A stretch of DNA of 64,000 bases from an uncultured Acidobacteriota bacterium. Its GTDB lineage: Bacteria; Acidobacteriota; Polarisedimenticolia; Polarisedimenticolales; DASRJG01. The stretch's first letter is position 1; the number at the start of each line of letters is the position of its first letter. A program made the translations under genes and the position numbers. The notes under the pieces were generated by a model that was given only the letters and a program-made list of their open reading frames with translations, searched no databases and was not told the origin of the DNA. Below, piece by piece: positions 53,411-62,928 of this stretch. The stretch lies in assembly GCA_964383585.1 (NCBI GenBank), contig CAYLHQ010000013.1, forward strand, positions 16,944 through 80,943. Direction: 5' to 3'.

Positions 53411-54177
53411 TGCAGGATCTCCCAGTCGGAGAAGACGTCGAGAAGTTCTCCGGGCCGCAGCAGAAACGCGGGGTTGTCGGGCTTCCCGAAGCGCGGCTGG
53501 TCGGCGGTGAAGGTCTGGAAGACCACGGTGCCCCCGCGGCGGACGCCGTCCTTGATGTCGCGGAAGAGGGGACGGTGGAGGTAATTGAACACCGTGATCA
53601 GGTCGTACGCGTCGATCGGGATGATGTAGGTCCCGTCCTCGACGTTTCCGACGACCGCGCGGATCGGTGCGCCGAGCCTCCTCGCCGCCACCCGCGCGCG
53701 CTCGACCACCGCGGGGTCGACGTCGACGCCGTCGACGTCGAAGCCGCGCGTGGCGAGGTAGATCGCGTTCCGACCGTTTCCCATCGCGACGTCGAGCGCC
53801 GTGCCGCGGCGAAGGAGATGGAAGTGGTCGACGAGGAATCGCGACGGGGCGACCAGCTGGTGGGGATGATGGACGTCGGCACCCGCGGAGAGCGGGCCCG
53901 GCCATGCGGCGAGCCCGCCGTCGACGTGGAACAGGGGTTCGAAGCCGCGCTCCGCGAGGAAGCGGCAGGCCGCGATGCTCCGGAAGCCGTGCTCGCAGAT
54001 CACCGCGATCGGTGTGCCGTGGTTCGGAATTTCCTCGAGCGACGACTCGATTTCGTGGAGTGGTACGAGGACGGACCCCGGAATGTGGGCGAGCGCGTAT
54101 TCCTGCTCGGTTCGGACGTCCAGGACGACGAGCGGCTCGCCCATCGCGAGCCGGCGATAGAGTCCGTCTCCGTCCAT
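53329..54177 (-). CDS. rhodanese domain fused to a TehB-like SAM-dependent methyltransferase
   Basis: Rhodanese region LVVLDVRTEQEYALAHIPGSV...AVICEHGFRS with active-site Cys. Methyltransferase motif ALDVAMGNGRNAIYLA. Start taken at ATG 54177; upstream ATGs would overlap nth. Confidence 0.78.
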   Translation of the reverse strand: MDGDGLYRRLAMGEPLVVLDVRTEQEYALAHIPGSVLVPLHEIESSLEEIPNHGTPIAVICEHGFRSIAACRFLAERGFEPLFHVDGGLAAWPGPLSAGADVHHPHQLVAPSRFLVDHFHLLRRGTALDVAMGNGRNAIYLATRGFDVDGVDVDPAVVERARVAARRLGAPIRAVVGNVEDGTYIIPIDAYDLITVFNYLHRPLFRDIKDGVRRGGTVVFQTFTADQPRFGKPDNPAFLLRPGELLDVFSDWEILHHREGVDPGLPGDSPKALAGIVARKPA

Positions 54178-54232
54178 CCTCCCGTACCGCGCGTCGATCC
54201 GCACTTCCGCGCCCCTCACTGGTCCGAGCGCA

Positions 54233-54907
54233 CTATAGCGAACCGCGGCGGACTTGGCCCGCCGGACAGTCGGGACGCAGGGGGCAGCGGTCACAGGCGG
54301 GTTTGCGCGCGGAACAGACGCGCCGCCCGTGCCAGATGAGCGCGTGGGACGCGAAGGTCCAGTCGGACTCGGGAAGGAGGTCCATGAGGGCGAACTCGAT
54401 CCTCACGGGGTCGGTTTCGCGGGTGAGATCGAGGCGCCCCGCGAGGCGCTGCACGTGGGTGTCGACCGGGATCGCGGCGTTTCCGAACCAGGTGCCCGAG
54501 ACGACGTTCGCCGTCTTGCGGCCGACGCCGGGAAGCGCGACGAGGGCCTCCATCGTTCGGGGGACCTCCCCGCCGTGTCGCTCGACGAGTGCTTTCCCGA
54601 GTCCGACGAGGGCTTTCGCCTTGTTCTGGTAAAAGCCGGTGGAGCGAATCTCCTCCCGGAGCGTCGCGAGGTCCGCGGATGCGTAGTCGGCGGCGGTCCG
54701 GTACTTGGCGAAGAGCGCCGGGGTCACACGGTTCACCCGCTCGTCCGTGCACTGCGCGGAGAGGATCGTCGCGACGAGGAGTTCGAGCGCGCTCCGGTGA
54801 TGGAGCGCGCAGTCGGCGTCGAAGTAGAGACGCCGCAACCCGTCGACGATCCGTCCGGCACGCTCCCGTTTCGCCGTCTTCGACTCGCGCGCGCTAGGCC
54901 TTCGCAC
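54233..54907 (-). CDS. nth: endonuclease III
   Basis: HhH-GPD motif LVALPGVGRKTANVV, PVDTHVQRL, and the C-terminal 4Fe-4S cluster CSARKPACDRCPLRPDC. Confidence 0.93.
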   Translation of the reverse strand: MRRPSARESKTAKRERAGRIVDGLRRLYFDADCALHHRSALELLVATILSAQCTDERVNRVTPALFAKYRTAADYASADLATLREEIRSTGFYQNKAKALVGLGKALVERHGGEVPRTMEALVALPGVGRKTANVVSGTWFGNAAIPVDTHVQRLAGRLDLTRETDPVRIEFALMDLLPESDWTFASHALIWHGRRVCSARKPACDRCPLRPDCPAGQVRRGSL

Positions 54908-56648
54908 CGCGCCTCCGCGCGCGTCTCTTGCGTTCCTCGAACCAACGGAGCAGACGCTCGAGGGGCCAGGCGTTGAGGACGTCGTCGGCCGTGCACCAAC
55001 CGCGACGCGCGACCCCGACCCCCCACCGGACGTCGTCGAGACCGGCGGTCTCGTGGGCGTCGGGGTCGATGCTCGTCTTCATCCCCTTCGGAATGCCGTA
55101 GCGAAGGGCCGCCGTGTCGAGGTCGAGCCGCATCGGGTGGGCGTTGATCTCGACGGCGACCCCTTCCTCGATCGCCGCGTCGAGCACGCGGAAGAGGTCC
55201 ACCGGATACGGATCCCGCTCGAGCAGGAGTCGGCCCGTCGGATGCCCGAGGATGTCGACCCAAGGGTTTCGGAGCGCACGAACGATCCGGGCGGTCTGCT
55301 CCTGCTCCGACCTATGGAAGCGGGAATGGACGGAGGCGATCACGAAATCGAAGGAGGCGAGGACCTCGTCGGGATAGTCCAGGGCCCCCTCGGCGAGGAT
55401 GTCGCACTCGATACCCTTCAGGATCCGGAATCCGCCCCTTTCCTTCGCGTTCCAGGCGTCGATCTCCGCGTGCTGCTCGCGGACTCGATCGATCGTCAGC
55501 CCGCGAGCGTAGGTCGCCGACCTCGAATGGTCGGTCAGGCCGAGGTAGTCCATGCCCCGCTCGCGCGCCGCATCCGCCATGCGCGCGACCGAGTCCTGCC
55601 CGTCGGACCAGGTCGAGTGGCAGTGCAAGACTCCGCGCAGGTCGCCGTCCTCGAGGAGCACGGGGAGGCGACCCTCCTCGGCCGCCTCGATCTCGCCGCG
55701 GTCCTCACGGAGCTCGGGGGGGATGAAACCGAGGCCGAGTTCCCGGTAGATCCCCTCCTCGTCGGCGCACGGAATCTCCTCGCCGTTCGCTTCGCGGACG
55801 AGGGCGTACTCGTTCAACTTGAGACCGCGCTTCTGCGCGCGGCTTCGGAGGGCGACGTTGTGGGCCTTGCTCCCCGTGAAGTAGCACAGAGCGAAGGGGA
55901 ACGACCGCTCGGGCACGACCCGGAGGTCCGACGAGAGTCCCGAGGCGAGGCGGAGGCTGCACTTCGTCTCGCCACGCCCCGTCACCTCGACGACGCCCCC
56001 GGCGGAGACGAACGCGTCCATGGCCGTTTCCGCGTCTTCCGCGACCACGACGAGGTCGATGTCCTTCGAAGTCTCGGCCCGGCGGCGGACGGAGCCCGCC
56101 GCCTCGACCCGATGGACGCCTCGAACTCCGCGGAGGAGAGCGACGAGGCGGTCGGCCTCCGCGCGGGCGACCGGCATCAGGAAGCGGCCGGCGTGGGAAC
56201 GGACACGCGCGATCCCTTCCAGGATTCTCTTCTCGCTCGTTTCCCCGAACCCCTCGAGGACGCGGATCTTCCCCGCCCGCGCCGCTTCCTCCAGCTCGTC
56301 GAGCGTTTCGATGCCGAGCGCGACGTGGATCGTCCGCGCCTTCTTCGGACCGAGTCCGGGGATGTCGAGCCACGCGAGCAGCCCCGGCGGGACCTCGCGC
56401 CGGAGTTTCTCCAGGTAGGGGAGGGAACCGGTCTCGTGAAGTACCGTGACCTTCTCGACGAGCGCCTCACCGAACCCCTTGATCGTCCCCAGTTCCTTCG
56501 TGCGGATCAACTCGCCGAGATCGCGGTCGAGACCGCGCAGGATCCGCGCCCCGTTGGCGTAAGCTCGCGTCTTGAAGGGGTTCTCGCCGAGCAGCTCGAG
56601 GAGGAGGCCGATCTCCTCGAGAGCATCGGCGACCTTCGCACGGTCCAC
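54894..56648 (-). CDS. polX: DNA polymerase X family protein with C-terminal PHP domain
   Basis: N-terminal LEEIGLLLELLGENPFKTRAYANGAR. HhH and nucleotidyltransferase region. PHP motif GVLHCHSTWSDG. Confidence 0.9.
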   Translation of the reverse strand: MDRAKVADALEEIGLLLELLGENPFKTRAYANGARILRGLDRDLGELIRTKELGTIKGFGEALVEKVTVLHETGSLPYLEKLRREVPPGLLAWLDIPGLGPKKARTIHVALGIETLDELEEAARAGKIRVLEGFGETSEKRILEGIARVRSHAGRFLMPVARAEADRLVALLRGVRGVHRVEAAGSVRRRAETSKDIDLVVVAEDAETAMDAFVSAGGVVEVTGRGETKCSLRLASGLSSDLRVVPERSFPFALCYFTGSKAHNVALRSRAQKRGLKLNEYALVREANGEEIPCADEEGIYRELGLGFIPPELREDRGEIEAAEEGRLPVLLEDGDLRGVLHCHSTWSDGQDSVARMADAARERGMDYLGLTDHSRSATYARGLTIDRVREQHAEIDAWNAKERGGFRILKGIECDILAEGALDYPDEVLASFDFVIASVHSRFHRSEQEQTARIVRALRNPWVDILGHPTGRLLLERDPYPVDLFRVLDAAIEEGVAVEINAHPMRLDLDTAALRYGIPKGMKTSIDPDAHETAGLDDVRWGVGVARRGWCTADDVLNAWPLERLLRWFEERKRRARRRGAKA

Positions 56649-56649
56649 G

Positions 56650-57336
56650 TCATTCCCCCCTCACGACGGCCCAGCGCGTGTAGATCTCGTCTCCGGCGAC
56701 TTCCGTCGAGACCAGACGCAGTCGCCGCCGCTCCGCCATGCGGAGACCCGTACCCTCGCAGAGGGTCGGTGCGTCGCGGCCGCCGAGGAGGGCGGGGCCG
56801 ACCGTGATGAAAAGCTCGTCGACGAGGTCGTCCCGGACGAACGCCCAGTTCGTCTCGCCCCCTCCTTCCAGGAGGAGGCGCTCCACTCCGCGCGCGCGGA
56901 GCCGGCGAAGCAGCTCCGACAGGTCGACCGAGCCGGAGCCGACCTTCCAGACTTCGGCTTTCCCGTCGAGCGCGGCGAGCCGCTGGGGCGGGGCTTCCTC
57001 GACGGTGGCGACGATCCGTCCGGCGGCGTGGGCGTCCGAGAAGAAGCGTGAGTCGGGATCGAGGGAGAGGCTCGCGCTGACGACGACGTTCAGGAGGCCG
57101 GGGGGTTTCCCGAGCGATCGCCGGTAGGCCTGCATCTCGGCGTCGCGCACGTGGAGCGGAGGGTCGTCGGCCCGCAGCGTTCCCGCGCCCACGACGAGCG
57201 CGTCCGCCTCTGCGCGCAGGCGGTCCATCGTCTTCCGGTCGAGCGCCGAGGTGAACTTCGGGTACTCCCGGCTGGCGGACGTGATTTTTCCGTCGGCGGT
57301 CATCGCCATGTTGAGATAGACGAAGGGACGGTCCAT
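56650..57336 (-). CDS. RibD C-terminal domain reductase (dihydrofolate reductase-like fold)
   Basis: MDRPFVYLNMAMTADGKIT...LVVGAGTLRADDPPL...LLLEGGGETNWAF. The ATG lies 2 nt downstream of the 44-bp hairpin element. Confidence 0.82.
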   Translation of the reverse strand: MDRPFVYLNMAMTADGKITSASREYPKFTSALDRKTMDRLRAEADALVVGAGTLRADDPPLHVRDAEMQAYRRSLGKPPGLLNVVVSASLSLDPDSRFFSDAHAAGRIVATVEEAPPQRLAALDGKAEVWKVGSGSVDLSELLRRLRARGVERLLLEGGGETNWAFVRDDLVDELFITVGPALLGGRDAPTLCEGTGLRMAERRRLRLVSTEVAGDEIYTRWAVVRGE

Positions 57337-57338
57337 AC

Positions 57339-57382
57339 GGGGACAGGTTACTTTTTTTGGGCTCAAAAAGTAACCTGTCCCC
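57339..57382. repeat. 44-bp perfect hairpin GGGGACAGGTTACTTTTT-loop-AAAAAGTAACCTGTCCCC, related to the inner module of the 10408 element
   Basis: 18-bp perfect stem with an 8-nt loop. Compare GGGGACAGGCAACTTTTCC inside 10408-10537. The loop contains the stop of the upstream small ORF. Confidence 0.85.
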
Positions 57383-57656
57383 GATGCCTTCGGCGGTGCC
57401 CCGCGATCTCCCGGCGGCGGATCGCGAGGACGGCGCGGAGCCCGGTGAAGAGCCAGACCACCGCGAGACACGCGAACCCCGACTTCGAAACGATCCCGCC
57501 GAACGGGTGGAGGGCCATGGGAAAGCCGGCGCTTCCACCCACGAGCGCGCCGACTCCGTAGACGATGGCACGCGGCCGTTCTTCGCCTCGGACACTCTCG
57601 TGAGCGAGCCCGGCACGTCCGATCGTCGAACCGGCCGGCCGATGCTCGGGCGCCAT
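57363..57656 (-). CDS. small membrane protein (about 97 aa), C-terminus and stop encoded by the hairpin element
   Basis: High GC3. Two hydrophobic helices (IVYGVGALVGGSAGFPMAL, GFACLAVVWLFTGLRAVLAI). The last codons GGG GAC AGG TTA CTT TTT TGA lie in the element. The start is uncertain (57656 or 57689). Confidence 0.5.
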   Translation of the reverse strand: MAPEHRPAGSTIGRAGLAHESVRGEERPRAIVYGVGALVGGSAGFPMALHPFGGIVSKSGFACLAVVWLFTGLRAVLAIRRREIAGHRRRHRGQVTF

Positions 57657-57737
57657 CGCGGGTCGGCCCGTTCCAAGCCGGGGCCCCACGCCGGTACGCC
57701 GGCGAACGCTGCGACCGAGGATCAGCCCGACGAAAGC

Positions 57738-58241
57738 CTACACCCGATCGACCGGGGGTTCGACCCGTATCGTCTCCAACGCCTCCTCGAGGGGCGCCCG
57801 GTCGAACTGGTTCGACCCGACGCGCACGAAGCGGAGCACGCCGTCACCTCCGACGACGAACGACGCCGGCCGCGCGATGTGCACCGACTCGAAGTTCAAG
57901 CGAACGTACACGTCCCAGCGCTTCGCGATCGAACGGTCCTGATCGGCGACCACGGGGAAAGGAACCGGCCGCCGCGCGAACCAAGACGCGAGCGCCTCCC
58001 GCTTCTGGCAGTAGACCGCGATCACCTCGGCCCCCGCCTCGCGGAACTTCGGATGCCATTCGCGCAACTGCGCGATGCGCTTCGCGCAGTTCGGACACCA
58101 GGTGCCGCGGAGGAATTCCAGCAGCACCGGCTTGGGCCGGAAATCGACGAGATCGATGGGGCGACCGTCGATCGCCTCCCCCCGCATCTCGGGAGCCGGC
58201 ATCCCGGCCTCGAGGGAGTTCGTCCGTGCCACGCGAGTCAC
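57738..58241 (-). CDS. thioredoxin-fold redoxin (AhpC/TSA-like, CxxC)
   Basis: LLEFLRGTWCPNCAKR motif. GTG start in a GTGA overlap with the upstream stop (ATG 58202 is an alternative). Confidence 0.8.
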   Translation of the reverse strand: MTRVARTNSLEAGMPAPEMRGEAIDGRPIDLVDFRPKPVLLEFLRGTWCPNCAKRIAQLREWHPKFREAGAEVIAVYCQKREALASWFARRPVPFPVVADQDRSIAKRWDVYVRLNFESVHIARPASFVVGGDGVLRFVRVGSNQFDRAPLEEALETIRVEPPVDRV

Positions 58242-58858
58242 CGCACCCGGTAGGAAACCATCACCCCGTCCCGCACGGGGAGAAGCGTCGACACGAAGTC
58301 GGAATCGCTCTTGATCTTCCGCGTCAGCTCGAGCACCGCGGTGGTCGACGGATCGTCGGGCGACGGCTCGGCGACCTTCCCTTTCCAGAGCATGTTGTCC
58401 GAGATGAGGAGTCCTCCGACCCGCAAGAGGCGCTTCGCGACCTCGTGGACCCGTGCGTAATCGTGCTTGTCGACGTCGTTGAAGAGGACGTCGAATCGCT
58501 CCGTGAACGTCTCGGCGATCGCGAACGCGTCCCCGACCTGGACCCGGAACCGGCCCTCGTAACCGGATCGCGAGAGGAAGACGCGCGCCTTGGCCGCGCG
58601 CTCCTCCGAGCCCTCCGTCATCTCGACGAAGCCGTCGGGAGCGGTCGCGCGGAGGAACCACCAGGCGCTGTAACCGAACCCGGAACCGAGCTCGAGCACC
58701 CGCCGCGCCCGCGCCGCCCGTGTCACCACGTCGAGGAGGCGGCCGACCTGCGGACCGACGATCGGGAAGTCGCGTTCCTTCGCGAGCGCTTCCATCTCCA
58801 GGACGACCGGGTGTTCGACCCGCGCCACGCGCTCGAGATACGCTCCCAGGGTGTCCAA
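58238..58858 (-). CDS. class I SAM-dependent O-methyltransferase (caffeoyl-CoA OMT-like)
   Basis: VLELGSGFGYSAWW SAM-binding motif. DVLFNDVDKHDY and LLRVGGLLISDN are typical of the family. Confidence 0.85.
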   Translation of the reverse strand: MDTLGAYLERVARVEHPVVLEMEALAKERDFPIVGPQVGRLLDVVTRAARARRVLELGSGFGYSAWWFLRATAPDGFVEMTEGSEERAAKARVFLSRSGYEGRFRVQVGDAFAIAETFTERFDVLFNDVDKHDYARVHEVAKRLLRVGGLLISDNMLWKGKVAEPSPDDPSTTAVLELTRKIKSDSDFVSTLLPVRDGVMVSYRVR

Positions 58859-58879
58859 CGAGACCTCCGCCGGAAGCGA

Positions 58880-60142
58880 TCAGGATAGCGCAGTTGCGCG
58901 CGGGGGGAGTCGGAAGGCCGCCGCGCGGGCCAAGAGCGCGGCGGCTGCGAGCCCGAGAACGAAGCACCCCCCCCAGAGAACGACCGGGCCGAACCGCTCG
59001 AGGACGAGCGTCCCGGTCGAAGGGCCGAACGTGAAGGCGAGCCCCCAGGTCATCGTGTAGAAGCCCATCGCCTCCCCCCGCCGGCTCGGGTGGGCGACCT
59101 CCGCGACGAAGTCCGACATCGAGGGGAGGAGAACCATCTCTCCGAAGGTCCAGATCAGGACGGTCGCCACGACGGCCCAGGGGGTGCGGGCGACGGCGAG
59201 CGCGCCGAAGCCCACGGCCGTCCACACGGCACCCAGCGCGAGCGAACGGGCGTGGGTCCAGTGCGAGATCGCGAAATTGATCCGTACCTCGAGGAAGACG
59301 ATCACGAGCGTGTTGACGGTGAATAGCGCTCCGAAGAAGGCGGTCGAGAGCCCGAGGTTCCCCACCAGGTCGAGCGGCATCGCACCGACGTGCTGGAAAA
59401 AAACGACGATGATCGGAAGGCAGGCGAGCAGGAACGAGGTGAGCCGGCGGTTCTTCCACGCCGGCACGTCCGGGGGAAGAGCGATCGCGGCGGCGGGGAC
59501 GGTCTCGCCCTCGACGCTCCCGCTCGCCTCCGGCTCCGCCGTCCGCGTCGCCGCGCGCGGCGGCCGGACGAAGACGAGGGCCGCCGCGAGCAGCGAGGTG
59601 ATCCCGTCGGTCCAGAAGAGCCAGGAGAACGACACGGCCGCGAGGACCCCCCCGAGCGCCGGGCCGACGCTCATCCCGAGGTTCACCGCGAGCCGAATCA
59701 TCGCGAAGGCCGCCTTGCGCTTCCCATGGGGGGCGAGCTCGACGAGCGCGGTCATGCTCGCCGGGCGGAACGCCTCGGAGGTGGCGGCGTAGGCGACGGT
59801 CGCCGCGAGGATCCATCCCCAGGACGGGGCGAGGGGGAAGAGGACGAGGACGATCCCCGAGGTGAGGAGGGAGAGACGCATCACCGGCACCGAGCCGAAG
59901 AGATCGCAGAGCCTCCCTCCGACCGGAGAGGCGAAGAGGCTCGACACGCCGTAGACGGCGAGGAGCAGAGCGGCCCGCGAGGCGGGAAGATCGAGTTCCT
60001 GGGTCACGTAGAGGGCGAGGAAGGGGAGGACCATCGTCCCCGCGCGGTTCACGAGCGAGGCGAAGAAGAGGATCCAGAGAGGCCGGGGAAGGTCGCCCAG
60101 GCCCCTCCAGGGGTTCCATCGGGAGAGGTTCGCTCCGTTCAT
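58880..60142 (-). CDS. MFS transporter
   Basis: Internal ATG 60142. About 12 TM segments. GGRLCDLFG motif. Confidence 0.85.
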   Translation of the reverse strand: MNGANLSRWNPWRGLGDLPRPLWILFFASLVNRAGTMVLPFLALYVTQELDLPASRAALLLAVYGVSSLFASPVGGRLCDLFGSVPVMRLSLLTSGIVLVLFPLAPSWGWILAATVAYAATSEAFRPASMTALVELAPHGKRKAAFAMIRLAVNLGMSVGPALGGVLAAVSFSWLFWTDGITSLLAAALVFVRPPRAATRTAEPEASGSVEGETVPAAAIALPPDVPAWKNRRLTSFLLACLPIIVVFFQHVGAMPLDLVGNLGLSTAFFGALFTVNTLVIVFLEVRINFAISHWTHARSLALGAVWTAVGFGALAVARTPWAVVATVLIWTFGEMVLLPSMSDFVAEVAHPSRRGEAMGFYTMTWGLAFTFGPSTGTLVLERFGPVVLWGGCFVLGLAAAALLARAAAFRLPPRATALS

Positions 60143-60196
60143 GGCGTGAGGCGCTATCCTGGTCCGCGGCCGGCCGACCCGGCAAGGAGGAATCCG

Positions 60197-60793
60197 ATGA
60201 ACGGCGGAACCGCTCGGGGAACGCTCCCCTCGCGGGAAGAGGCGCTCGCACTCCTCCACGAGTGGACCCGGAACCCGAACCTGAGGAAACATGCCTACTC
60301 CGTCGAGGCGGCGATGCGCGCCCACGCGGCGCGAACGGGTGGAGACGTCCACGCCTACGGCCTCGCCGGCCTCCTCCACGACTTCGACTACGAGCGTTAC
60401 CCGACGCTCGACGACCACCCGTTCCGCGGGAGCGAGGCGCTCGAGGCGGAGGGATACCCGGAGTGGTTCCGGCGGGCGATCCTCGCCCACGCCCCCCACA
60501 CCGGCGTCGTGCCGGAGACCGATTTGGAAAAGGCGCTCTTCGCGGTCGACGAGCTTTGCGGCTTCCTGACCGCCTGTACGCTCGTCCTGCCGACGAAGTC
60601 GATCCGCGACCTCAGGGTCTCTTCGGTCCGCAAGCGCATGAAGGACAAGGCGTTCGCGCGGAACGTCGTGCGGGAGGACATCGTGAAGGGGGCCGATCTC
60701 GTCGGGATGGACCTCGACGCTCACATCGAGTTCGTCCGGGCCGCGATGGCGGAGATCGCCGAGGATCTGGGCCTCGCGGGCTCGCCGTCGTGA
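60197..60793 (+). CDS. HD-domain phosphohydrolase
   Basis: AAGGAGGA Shine-Dalgarno before ATG 60197. LAGLLHDFDY metal-binding HD motif. Confidence 0.8.
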   Translation: MNGGTARGTLPSREEALALLHEWTRNPNLRKHAYSVEAAMRAHAARTGGDVHAYGLAGLLHDFDYERYPTLDDHPFRGSEALEAEGYPEWFRRAILAHAPHTGVVPETDLEKALFAVDELCGFLTACTLVLPTKSIRDLRVSSVRKRMKDKAFARNVVREDIVKGADLVGMDLDAHIEFVRAAMAEIAEDLGLAGSPS

Positions 60794-61956
60794 CCGAAGC
60801 GGAGATCCGCGCCCTTTGGCCGGGTGCTTCGAAGGTCCGCTACTTCAACGCCGCCTCGCAGGCTCTCCTGCCCGTTCCGGTCGCGGACGCGGTTCGGAGG
60901 ACCCTCGATCGGTGGGTCGAGGGCGGGATCCACGCGTGGCCCGAGGACATGCGGGAGGTGGAAGGGGCGCGTTCCCTCCTTGCGCGCCTCGTCGGGGCCG
61001 ACCCTCGCGACGTCGCCTTCACCGCGAATACCGCCGACGCGGTCGCACGCGTCGCGCTGGGACTCGGCCTCCGAGAGGGAGACGAAATCGTCCTCTCCGA
61101 CCTCGAGTATCCCGCGAACGTCTACCCGTGGACGACGCGAGGGGCCCGGCTCCGCCTCGTCCCCTCCTCGGGGGGGCGCGTCGATCCGGAGCGGCTCGTC
61201 GACGCGATCGGCCCGCGGACGCGAGTGCTCGCGCTGTCGATGGTCCAATTCTCGAGCGGCTTCCGCTCCGATCTCGCTCCGCTCGGCGAGGCTTGCCGGA
61301 GGCGCGGGGTCCTCTTCTTCGTCGACGTGATCCAGGGGCTCGGCGTTTTCCCCGTCGACATGCGCGCGATGGGGATCGGCGCGCTCGCGGGAGAGGGGAG
61401 GAAATGGCTCGCGGCTCCGCCGGGGACGGGCTTCCTCGCCGTCGGGCCGGAGTGGATCGCCCGGATCCGCCCATCGTCGATCGGGGCGATGTCGGTCTCG
61501 CCGGACTTCGGGATGCTCGGATGGGTGCCTCGTGTCGCGCGCGAGGGAGACCTCGATCTCGACCCCGTGTACCGGGAAGGGGCCGGCCGCTACGAGGCGG
61601 GGTACTACAACGTGGCGGGGCTCGCGGGGCTCGCCGCGGCGCTCGCGCTCCACCGTTCGATCGGGCCCGAGACGGTGCGGTCTCGCGTCGAAGCGCGCGT
61701 GGACGAGATCGTTCGGGGCGTCGAGTCCCTGGGACTCCCCGTCTTCGGCCCGCGCGCGAGGGAGGAGCGCTCCGGCATCGTCTCGATCGAGGTCGCCGGC
61801 GACGCGGAGGTGTGGCGCCGGCAACTCGCGGGCGCGGGGATCTCCGTCGGGGTGCGCGACGGGAGGCTCCGCGCCGCACCCCACGTTTACAACGAAGGCC
61901 GGGACGTGGAGGCTCTTCTCGAGGCCCTCGACCGTCTGCGGTCGGCCCGCGTATGA
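60790..61956 (+). CDS. class V aminotransferase-fold PLP enzyme (cysteine desulfurase/SufS-like)
   Basis: GTG start in a GTGA overlap. YFNAASQALLP, LFFVDVIQGLG and the Lys context AGEGRKWLAAPPGTGFL. Confidence 0.8.
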   Translation: MTEAEIRALWPGASKVRYFNAASQALLPVPVADAVRRTLDRWVEGGIHAWPEDMREVEGARSLLARLVGADPRDVAFTANTADAVARVALGLGLREGDEIVLSDLEYPANVYPWTTRGARLRLVPSSGGRVDPERLVDAIGPRTRVLALSMVQFSSGFRSDLAPLGEACRRRGVLFFVDVIQGLGVFPVDMRAMGIGALAGEGRKWLAAPPGTGFLAVGPEWIARIRPSSIGAMSVSPDFGMLGWVPRVAREGDLDLDPVYREGAGRYEAGYYNVAGLAGLAAALALHRSIGPETVRSRVEARVDEIVRGVESLGLPVFGPRAREERSGIVSIEVAGDAEVWRRQLAGAGISVGVRDGRLRAAPHVYNEGRDVEALLEALDRLRSARV

Positions 61957-61963
61957 TCCCGGT

Positions 61964-62233
61964 ATGCCGAACTTTGCCGGGGGAAGTGCGTACGCCATGG
62001 CTCGGGATATCGGGGAGGGCTTTCAGCTCGTCACCGAGCGGACGTTCAAAGGGTACACGCTCGCCGAACTCGACCAACTCGGATTCGAGATGGACCGTTA
62101 CCTGCGGGAACTCCGCGGCGAGTCGCAGGGAGGGGAGTCCACCCAGGAGATCCAGGCTCGCAACCGGAAGATCCAGCGCCTGAACACGGCGCTCGTCGTG
62201 CTGCGCGGGTACCGGGCGAAGTCCCGGCGGTAG
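61964..62233 (+). CDS. hypothetical small protein (89 aa)
   Basis: High GC3 and non-repetitive sequence with a basic C-terminus. The ATG lies 8 nt after the upstream stop. Confidence 0.5.
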   Translation: MPNFAGGSAYAMARDIGEGFQLVTERTFKGYTLAELDQLGFEMDRYLRELRGESQGGESTQEIQARNRKIQRLNTALVVLRGYRAKSRR

Positions 62234-62237
62234 GCGA

Positions 62238-62843
62238 TCAGAAGGCGAGGCCGAGGCGGAAGCGAGCCGTCCGCTCCCGCCTGTCCCATTCGGCGCCGAC
62301 CGTGGGCGCGAATCTCGAATCGGGCTTGAAGTCGGCTTCGGCGCGCCCGTCGAGCGTCGCGGCGAACCGGAAGGCACCCGAAGCGAACGGCCGCTCCACG
62401 GTGACCCGCGGGTAGAGGCGGGAAAAGCCGAGACGGATCTGCGTGTCGTCGCCCGAGTTCCCGGGGGTCAGCCGCTCCCCCGCCCGCTCGACCGCCTCGG
62501 CGAACGGACGGAAGGTCAGTGTGAAGCGTTCCGCACCGGTCGCCTCGACGAGCCAGTCTCGCGCGGCTCTCCGGACCGCGCGGATCGTGTTCCGCTCGAT
62601 CCCTTCTACCGTCTCGAAGTAGCCGTTCGAGCCGGCCTCGCGGTGAAGACCGTACGAAGGCGATCCGACGTAAGAGCGGAACGCTTCGGTCTGCCGCGCA
62701 AGTTCGGGAGCGAGATAGGCGTCGACGAATGCGGGCGCGGCGGCCAGCGTTCGGAGCGGAACGCCGGGTCGTGCCGGGTGTTCCGCGGCGAAGGCCGGCA
62801 CGACCGCGACGAGCACCGAGGCTGCGAACGCAAACCACCGCAT
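62238..62843 (-). CDS. secreted hypothetical protein ending in aromatic residue (outer-membrane-like C-terminus)
   Basis: Signal peptide MRWFAFAASVLVAVVPAFAA. C-terminal ...RFRLGLAF. Lower-GC putative promoter region upstream (62844-62928). Confidence 0.6.
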   Translation of the reverse strand: MRWFAFAASVLVAVVPAFAAEHPARPGVPLRTLAAAPAFVDAYLAPELARQTEAFRSYVGSPSYGLHREAGSNGYFETVEGIERNTIRAVRRAARDWLVEATGAERFTLTFRPFAEAVERAGERLTPGNSGDDTQIRLGFSRLYPRVTVERPFASGAFRFAATLDGRAEADFKPDSRFAPTVGAEWDRRERTARFRLGLAF

Positions 62844-62928
62844 CAGGCGAACCTCACCCGGTTTCTACGTACGCGCAGCCAGCCTCCGATTCAAGCGCCC
62901 ATTTTCGGCCGAGAAGAATTATAAGAAA

